From the IMG/VR virus record IMGVR_UViG_2974637922_000001, positions 64,001-128,000 of that record: DNA of 64,000 bases. One strand, 5' to 3'. Shown piece by piece: positions 59,139 to 64,000 of the stretch. The DNA is from a virus. Its lineage: Duplodnaviria; Caudoviricetes. The stretch's first letter is position 1; each line of letters begins with the position of its first letter. The notes beneath the pieces were generated by a model, which saw only the letters and a list, made by a program, of their open reading frames with translations, was not told where the DNA came from and did no database searches. Position numbers and translations under genes: made by a program.

Positions 59139-59669
59139 ATGAGTGAGTATATCAAACACTATAGGGGAGTTCTAACAGATACATCTTGTGATGTTCTGAT
59201 AGATGCTCTTCTGAGTGTAGATAGAAAGCATATAAAGGAACATCGAACAGATCGTAAAACATTTGATCAGGTGTTTCTTAATGCTGCAAATATGGATCTG
59301 ATTCCAGGTATTACTAAAATAGTTGGTAATGTAATCAAACAATACAAGATGGATGTTCCATACTTCACACAGTTCTTTCCCAAGGGACTGGAGATTGAAA
59401 CACCAAAGGTCAAAGGTTACAGTCCTGGAGGACAATTCAAACCACATTGTGATGTGGATGCTACTTCCTGTCCAAGGTATCTTGCCTTTCTATTTTATCT
59501 TAATGATAATTTTACAGGTGGACAAACAGAGTTCTTACCTGGTATAATGGTGGAACCTGTGAAAGGTTCAGTGGTGGTATTTCCACCCAACTGGCAACAC
59601 CCTCATTGTGGATTACCAGTGGAGACTGGTAACAAATATATTATGTCAACTTATCTAAGATACGTTTAA
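59139..59669 (+). CDS. 2OG-Fe(II) oxygenase
   Basis: 'PHCD', 'LAFLFYLND..TGG.T', 'FPP.W..PH.G', 'KY'. Confidence 0.85.
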   Translation: MSEYIKHYRGVLTDTSCDVLIDALLSVDRKHIKEHRTDRKTFDQVFLNAANMDLIPGITKIVGNVIKQYKMDVPYFTQFFPKGLEIETPKVKGYSPGGQFKPHCDVDATSCPRYLAFLFYLNDNFTGGQTEFLPGIMVEPVKGSVVVFPPNWQHPHCGLPVETGNKYIMSTYLRYV

Positions 59670-61036
59670 TGGATCGAATTGAGAATTTAATACTAAGATC
59701 ACTCTCACATAGTGAAGGGTTTTCTAGGAAGGTTATCCCCTTCATCAAACCAGATTATTTCCATGATAATGCTGAGAAAGTTCTCTTCGAAGAAATCGCA
59801 CAATACATTGTCAAGTACAACTCTAATGTTACTGTACAGGCTCTAAGTATTGAGGTGGAACAGAGAACCGATTTATCTGATAGTGATGTCAAAACTATCA
59901 GAACTATCCTAGATGACTTTGATGCAGTCACAGGAACTGATGAGTGGATGATTGATTCCACTGAGAAGTGGTGTAAGAAACAGGCAATTTACAACGCTCT
60001 TATGGAGTCTGTGAGTATTGCCAATGGAGATAGTCAGACTAAGGCTGAAGACGCTATCCCCAGTATCCTCTCAGAGGCTCTGGGTGTATCCTTTGATAGT
60101 AATGTAGGTCACGACTACATTGAGAACGCAGAGGATAGGTGGGAGTACTACCACCAGAAGGAAGATAAGATTCCCTTCGATATTGATCTACTCAATGCGA
60201 TTACTAAAGGTGGATTACCTAACAAGACACTGAATATCGCACTCGCTGGTACTGGTGTTGGTAAGTCACTCTTTATGTGTCACGTAGCAGCCTCTAGTTT
60301 AATGCAGGGTAAGAATGTTCTATACATCACTGCTGAGATGGCAGAAGAGAAGATCGCAGAACGTATTGACTCCAACCTACTCAACGTTAATATTAAGGAT
60401 CTATCTGAACTACCCAAACAGATGTTTGAGAAGAAGATAGATGCGGTATCTAAGAAGACACAAGGTTCCTTGGTTATCAAGGAGTATCCTACAGCTTCTG
60501 CACACTCAGGACACTTCAAGTCTCTACTTAACGAACTAAAACTCAAGAAGAACTTCACACCAGATATTATCTTTATTGATTATCTCAATATCTGTGCTTC
60601 CTCTCGTATCAGAGCTGGTGCTAACGCTAACTCCTACACACTAGTGAAGAGTATCGCAGAAGAGATTCGTGGTCTAGCGGTAGAGTTCAACGTTCCTATC
60701 GTGAGTGCTACTCAGACGACTCGTAGTGGGTATGGAAACAGTGACGTGGGTATCACAGATACCTCTGAGTCTTTCGGTCTTCCTGCAACCGCTGACCTTA
60801 TGATCGCTCTTATCTCCACAGAGGAGCTAGAAGGTCTAGGTCAAATTATGGTTAAACAACTCAAGAACAGATACAATGATCCCACCATCCACAAGCGTTT
60901 TGTTGTCGGTATTGACAGAGCTAAGATGCGGTTGTATGACTGTGAGCAGGCGGCTCAGGATGATATTCTGGATAGTGGTGACGACTCTGAGGAAAAGACT
61001 TCCCTCAAGGATAAGTTGGCAAAACTGAGTTTCTAG
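59669..61036 (+). CDS. g41: Replicative helicase gp41 (DnaB-like)
   Basis: 'AGTGVGKS', 'EMAEE', 'IDYLNI', 'ATQTTRSG', 'KQLKNRY'. Confidence 0.96.
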   Translation: MDRIENLILRSLSHSEGFSRKVIPFIKPDYFHDNAEKVLFEEIAQYIVKYNSNVTVQALSIEVEQRTDLSDSDVKTIRTILDDFDAVTGTDEWMIDSTEKWCKKQAIYNALMESVSIANGDSQTKAEDAIPSILSEALGVSFDSNVGHDYIENAEDRWEYYHQKEDKIPFDIDLLNAITKGGLPNKTLNIALAGTGVGKSLFMCHVAASSLMQGKNVLYITAEMAEEKIAERIDSNLLNVNIKDLSELPKQMFEKKIDAVSKKTQGSLVIKEYPTASAHSGHFKSLLNELKLKKNFTPDIIFIDYLNICASSRIRAGANANSYTLVKSIAEEIRGLAVEFNVPIVSATQTTRSGYGNSDVGITDTSESFGLPATADLMIALISTEELEGLGQIMVKQLKNRYNDPTIHKRFVVGIDRAKMRLYDCEQAAQDDILDSGDDSEEKTSLKDKLAKLSF

Positions 61037-61044
61037 TGTATAAT
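61016..61044 (+). promoter_or_regulatory. Sigma70 promoter TTGGCA-N17-TATAAT
   Basis: -35 at 61016-21, -10 at 61039-44, overlapping the end of g41. Confidence 0.65.
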
Positions 61045-61050
61045 GGTTAT

Positions 61051-61122
61051 GTTGGGAAGAAACCCCAACCTCCTTTGTGATGTGGTGTTTGTTGGGGAAG
61101 GGGTGGTTCCCTTCCCTTTTTT
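61051..61122 (+). ncRNA. Candidate ~70-nt small RNA or attenuator leader upstream of mazG
   Basis: 5' hairpin GTTGGG/CCCAAC, ACCTCCTTT linker, terminator GGGAAGGG/CCCTTCCC+T6; alternative CCCCAAC/GTTGGGG pairing. Confidence 0.5.
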
Positions 61123-61146
61123 ATTGTTTATTGGTATTCAATTATT

Positions 61147-61551
61147 ATGAGCGTAGATTTTTCTAAGTACGGTGAGTTTGTAGACACAGTAACTAGTGCC
61201 CCCTCCAAGGGAACTGGTGAGATGATCGCAGTACTCAAGGACCTTAAGCTTCGTGGAGCACAACCCGAAAGACTTCTTACTGGTGCAGTTGGTATCTGTG
61301 CTGAGGGTGGTGAGTTCATGGAAGTGGTCAAGAAGATGGTATTCCAAGGCAAACCCTATGACCAAGATAATGTCTGGCATATGAAGCGTGAGTTGGGTGA
61401 TATTATGTTCTATGTACAAACAGCGTGTATCGCTCTAGGTACCTCTGTTGATGAGATTGTAGAGATGAATGTGGAGAAACTAGAAGCACGATATCCAGGT
61501 GGTCAATTTAGTGTAGAGAATAGTGAGAACCGAGTAGAGGGTGACTTATGA
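61147..61551 (+). CDS. mazG: MazG-like nucleotide pyrophosphohydrolase
   Basis: 'AEGGEFMEVVKK', 'ELGD..FY', 'N..KL..RYP'. Confidence 0.92.
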   Translation: MSVDFSKYGEFVDTVTSAPSKGTGEMIAVLKDLKLRGAQPERLLTGAVGICAEGGEFMEVVKKMVFQGKPYDQDNVWHMKRELGDIMFYVQTACIALGTSVDEIVEMNVEKLEARYPGGQFSVENSENRVEGDL

Positions 61552-61670
61552 TTGCATCTGATACACATAATGAACCCACTGAGTTAATCAGACAAATCAA
61601 TGATTCAGTGGAACGTGCTAGAATGAAGGAACAAGACGATCAACTAAACTACGACACAGGAGGTAAATGA
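61548..61670 (+). CDS. 40-aa hypothetical protein (not in the ORF track)
   Basis: MIASDTHNEPTELIRQINDSVERARMKEQDDQLNYDTGGK; ATGA overlaps at both ends. Confidence 0.5.
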   Translation: MIASDTHNEPTELIRQINDSVERARMKEQDDQLNYDTGGK

Positions 61671-61975
61671 TGGACAAGCCAATTACAGTTGAGGAATATC
61701 AAGAGGCTGGTAAAGAGTTCTGGCCTAAGTATTGGTATGTTGCTAAAGAACTTGGTGAAAACGCTAAGACTGAAGATGTCCTACACGTTATGGAGTCTCT
61801 TGCTGGTGTTGTTATGGTCAACAGAAGCAATGAAAAGAAAGAATATTCTGGTATGATTGGGTTCAATAAGTCCCTAGAAGACAACCCATTGGCTTCTGCT
61901 ACATACCACGGACAACCAGTTACAGAGTGTCCCCCAGGGACTATCTACTGTAACGGTGAATGTTGTGACCTATGA
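61667..61975 (+). CDS. Hypothetical protein with a Cys-rich C-terminal tail
   Basis: 'KY.YVA.ELGE.AK.ED.L.VMESL' core plus 'CPPG..YCNGECCDL'; GGAGG SD. Confidence 0.65.
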   Translation: MMDKPITVEEYQEAGKEFWPKYWYVAKELGENAKTEDVLHVMESLAGVVMVNRSNEKKEYSGMIGFNKSLEDNPLASATYHGQPVTECPPGTIYCNGECCDL

Positions 61976-61983
61976 GGTAAATT

Positions 61984-62118
61984 ATGGCTAAAAGAACTTA
62001 TACTACAAAGTCTGGAGATGTGTTTGAGTGGGAAGAGACCCCTGAAACTACTGCAGCACTCAAAGCTCTCCACAGACAAGTGGCAGAGACAAAACAGAAG
62101 CTTGACAGCACCAAGTGA
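61984..62118 (+). CDS. 44-aa hypothetical protein (not in the ORF track)
   Basis: MAKRTYTTKSGDVFEWEETPETTAALKALHRQVAETKQKLDSTK; GAGGT SD. Confidence 0.55.
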   Translation: MAKRTYTTKSGDVFEWEETPETTAALKALHRQVAETKQKLDSTK

Positions 62119-62130
62119 GTCTGTTATAAT
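62102..62130 (+). promoter_or_regulatory. Consensus sigma70 promoter TTGACA-N17-TATAAT (with extended TG) for the RNA cluster
   Basis: TTGACA 62102-07, TATAAT 62125-30. Confidence 0.85.
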
Positions 62131-62135
62131 ATGAG

Positions 62136-62210
62136 AGTTGGGAAGGAAACCCCCCAACTGCGGTGACCCCCTTGGTAGTTCAGGGTTAGCGGCGATAGGA
62201 ACTACCACAA
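62136..62210 (+). ncRNA. Candidate structured RNA: 5' hairpin plus H-type pseudoknot
   Basis: AGTTGGG/CCCAACT; TGACCC (62164-69)/GGGTTA (62183-88) crossing TGGTAGTTC (62173-81)/GAACTACCA (62199-207). Confidence 0.55.
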
Positions 62211-62284
62211 GGGTTAATAGCTCAGCTGGACAGAGCAACGCTCTTCTAAAGCGTCGGTCGTTGGTTCGAATCCAACTTAACCCG
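62211..62284 (+). tRNA. tRNA-Arg (anticodon UCU)
   Basis: Acceptor GGGTTAA/TTAACCC, anticodon arm ACGCT-CT-TCT-AA-AGCGT, T-loop GGTTCGAATCC; no encoded CCA. Confidence 0.93.
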
Positions 62285-62306
62285 TTGGGGTCTAATTAAC
62301 CCCATA

Positions 62307-62491
62307 GGATGTGACAGAATGAACCGTTTGGTTAATACCGGTCATTGTATAGTAGGGAAGGCTGTGGTGGCCGCCAGAAAGACTAGGAGACTAGAGTTCT
62401 GAGAACCCATACCAGGGTCCCGAAAGTTCAGAGGTATTACTATTCTTAGTATGACCCCTCTGTTGGAGGTAAAAAGATAATCCTCCCATCC
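62307..62491 (+). ncRNA. ~185-nt multistem ncRNA, possibly the manA motif
   Basis: Closing helix GGATG/CATCC; ACAGA/TCTGT; GGAGG/CCTCC; ATGA.CCG/CGGTCAT; CTAG-GAGA-CTAG hairpin; between two tRNAs; no credible ORF. Confidence 0.55.
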
Positions 62492-62497
62492 ACCCAA

Positions 62498-62569
62498 TCC
62501 ACAATAGCTCAGCGGTAGAGTCGGCGACTGTTAATCGCCTTGTCCCTGGTTCGAATCCAGGTTGTGGAG
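62498..62569 (+). tRNA. tRNA-Asn (anticodon GUU)
   Basis: Acceptor TCCACAA/TTGTGGA, anticodon arm GGCGA-CT-GTT-AA-TCGCC, T-arm CCTGG-TTCGAAT-CCAGG; no encoded CCA. Confidence 0.95.
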
Positions 62570-62587
62570 TTCTTTATTATCTTTGAT

Positions 62588-63304
62588 ATGGATGTATCCA
62601 ATCCTGATAACTGGTATATTGGTAGATTTTGTGAATCTAACTTCCTAGATCAAACAGCACTCTCCTCAGTGAGGTCATGGATTGATACTCAATCATGGGT
62701 AGATGGAGTTTTAACTTTGGACTACTCTAAAGATAAGGATCCATATCAACTGAAAAGAAATCAGGCAACGAGAAATATAATCCCACCCAGACTATTTTGG
62801 CCACATGTTGATAAGAACGAAAAGTTCGCTCGGTTCACCTGTCCCCGATCAAGCACCGATCCAAACTGCACAAAAACATCTAAGGGTGAATACTACAAAC
62901 CACACTTTGATGATGTAGTTAATGGGCACTTCTCAACTACGATCTTTATCAGTGATCCTGATGAATATGATGGTGGTGAGTTAGTTCTGTATATTGACGG
63001 GAAGGAAGTATTCTTCAAACCAAAAGCAGGTGAAGGTGTAACTTATGAGACTGGTATTGGTCATAGAGTCAATACAGTCACAAGGGGTGAGAGATTGGCA
63101 TTTGTATTCTGGACAGATTGTCGATGGGATGATATTGATGATTATCGTGATTGGCGTTATTATAACTATATGAAAGACTACCTAATGACAACTCCTTATG
63201 TTGATACCTTATATGAGTTTTGTAACGAACCCCATACTATATTCAAAGGGAAATCATATGATATTATGAGAAAGGTTATGAGGAAAGTTATTCCTAATGG
63301 TTGA
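62588..63304 (+). CDS. 2OG-Fe(II) oxygenase (PKHD/PiuC-like); start corrected to ATG 62588
   Basis: 'YKPHFD', 'S.TIF.S.P.EYDGGEL', 'HRV..VTRGER'; the track start overlaps tRNA-Asn. Confidence 0.85.
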   Translation: MDVSNPDNWYIGRFCESNFLDQTALSSVRSWIDTQSWVDGVLTLDYSKDKDPYQLKRNQATRNIIPPRLFWPHVDKNEKFARFTCPRSSTDPNCTKTSKGEYYKPHFDDVVNGHFSTTIFISDPDEYDGGELVLYIDGKEVFFKPKAGEGVTYETGIGHRVNTVTRGERLAFVFWTDCRWDDIDDYRDWRYYNYMKDYLMTTPYVDTLYEFCNEPHTIFKGKSYDIMRKVMRKVIPNG

Positions 63305-63830
63305 ATCATTTTACGGAGAAATACTCAACTCGGATGCTACTGGGCATCTGTATTCGTATGCCCAAAGTATTCAAGACTGGCAAACCATAAACCAAGACTA
63401 CATGGGTAAGAAATACCAGTCTGTTATGGCTCATAAAGTCCCTAGGGGAAATGAGATTGAGAAGTATGTTGTCAGAACTTTTCTCACATTCAATAAGTTA
63501 TATTTCAACTACGATTTAGTAGGAACATTTGAAACACAGATTCTGAAATACAATGTGCATGATGGGTATGATTGGCACTGTGACTATGGTGTGAGTGAGA
63601 ATCCCAATGCAGTTAGGAAACTGAGTATGATTATTCAACTCAGTGATATGTGGGACTACAACGGTGCAAATGTATTCCTAAGGGACTGGCACAACCGAGA
63701 ACACATCCTAAGTAAGGAGTCTGGGTATGTTACCGTATTCGACTCTAGGTCCCCTCACAGGGTCTCTCCCCTAGCTATCGGAGAACGATACTCACTGGTA
63801 GCCTGGGCTCACGGTCCAGAGTGGAGATAA
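63297..63830 (+). CDS. 2OG-Fe(II) oxygenase
   Basis: 'YDWHCD', 'RKLSMIIQLS', 'HRVSP...GERYSLVAW.HGP'. Confidence 0.88.
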   Translation: MVESFYGEILNSDATGHLYSYAQSIQDWQTINQDYMGKKYQSVMAHKVPRGNEIEKYVVRTFLTFNKLYFNYDLVGTFETQILKYNVHDGYDWHCDYGVSENPNAVRKLSMIIQLSDMWDYNGANVFLRDWHNREHILSKESGYVTVFDSRSPHRVSPLAIGERYSLVAWAHGPEWR

Positions 63831-63855
63831 ATAAAATACAAAGAAATGGAAACAT

Positions 63856-64000
63856 ATGCTTTCTACACAATATCGTCTTCGCCTTGAGGCTATCTGCCGA
63901 AAGATTGCGAATAGTGAATCTGTGGATTTGAGTGACATGATCTGGGCAGACAAATTGGCAAAGAGCCATACTACTGCTAGAGACTGGTTACAGCAGGCAA
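63856..64000 (+). CDS. Conserved hypothetical protein, 3'-truncated
   Basis: MLSTQYRLRLEAICRKIANSESVDLSDMIWADKLAKSHTTARDWLQQA..., open to the window end; GATAAATA box at 63826-33. Confidence 0.65.
   Translation, partial: MLSTQYRLRLEAICRKIANSESVDLSDMIWADKLAKSHTTARDWLQQA

Noticed and set aside
62158-62304. HDV-like/theta ribozyme beside tRNA-Arg
   Set aside because: I could not build the nested P1/P1.1/P3 double pseudoknot; the structured element is 5' of the tRNA, and the 3' trailer is only a simple TGGGGT/ACCCCA hairpin.
62540-62587. N-terminal extension of the oxygenase ORF given in the track
   Set aside because: It overlaps tRNA-Asn; ATG 62588 is the plausible start.
988-63969. The many minus-strand and nested plus-strand ORFs of 60-130 aa in the ORF track
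   Set aside because: They overlap well-supported + strand genes, lack recognisable motifs, and are the expected shadows of biased codon usage.
1-64000. CRISPR array, transposase, integrase or photosynthesis genes (psbA/psbD/hli)
   Set aside because: No regularly spaced repeats and no ORFs with the corresponding motifs were seen in this window.

Overview
This window is the conserved core of a T4-like (myoviral) cyanophage genome. The host is probably a marine Synechococcus/Prochlorococcus, inferred from gene order and from the MazG, Hsp20, CobS-like, VrlC-like and 2OG-Fe(II) oxygenase genes. All credible protein genes are on the + strand. 1-37 kb is the late structural module: 5'-truncated gp7-like wedge, gp8, VrlC-like protein, gp13-16, a ~5.3 kb variable insert, and gp17-gp23. 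38-61.5 kb is the replication/recombination/transcription module: gp3, uvsY, uvsW, gp55, gp47/46, a peptidase-vWA + MoxR/CobS pair, gp45/44/62, regA, hsp20, gp43, uvsX, gp41 and mazG. ~62.1-62.6 kb is a promoter-driven RNA cluster of tRNA-Arg(UCU), tRNA-Asn(GUU) and two structured ncRNA candidates. Most notable: (1) DNA polymerase gp43 is split in the fingers domain into two genes, with two translationally coupled small ORFs between them and a near-direct repeat at both junctions; (2) three short elements start with TTGGGAAG just after a sigma70 -10 box, and two of them have mutually exclusive terminator/antiterminator pairings (one precedes mazG and carries an anti-Shine-Dalgarno sequence); (3) an H-type pseudoknot RNA and a ~185-nt multistem RNA alternate with the tRNAs; (4) a 939-aa Lys-rich modular protein may be a prohead-protease-processed polyprotein; (5) a near-consensus antisense sigma70 promoter sits back-to-back with the gp55 promoter. 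No databases or tools were used; family assignments come from recognised motifs and synteny.
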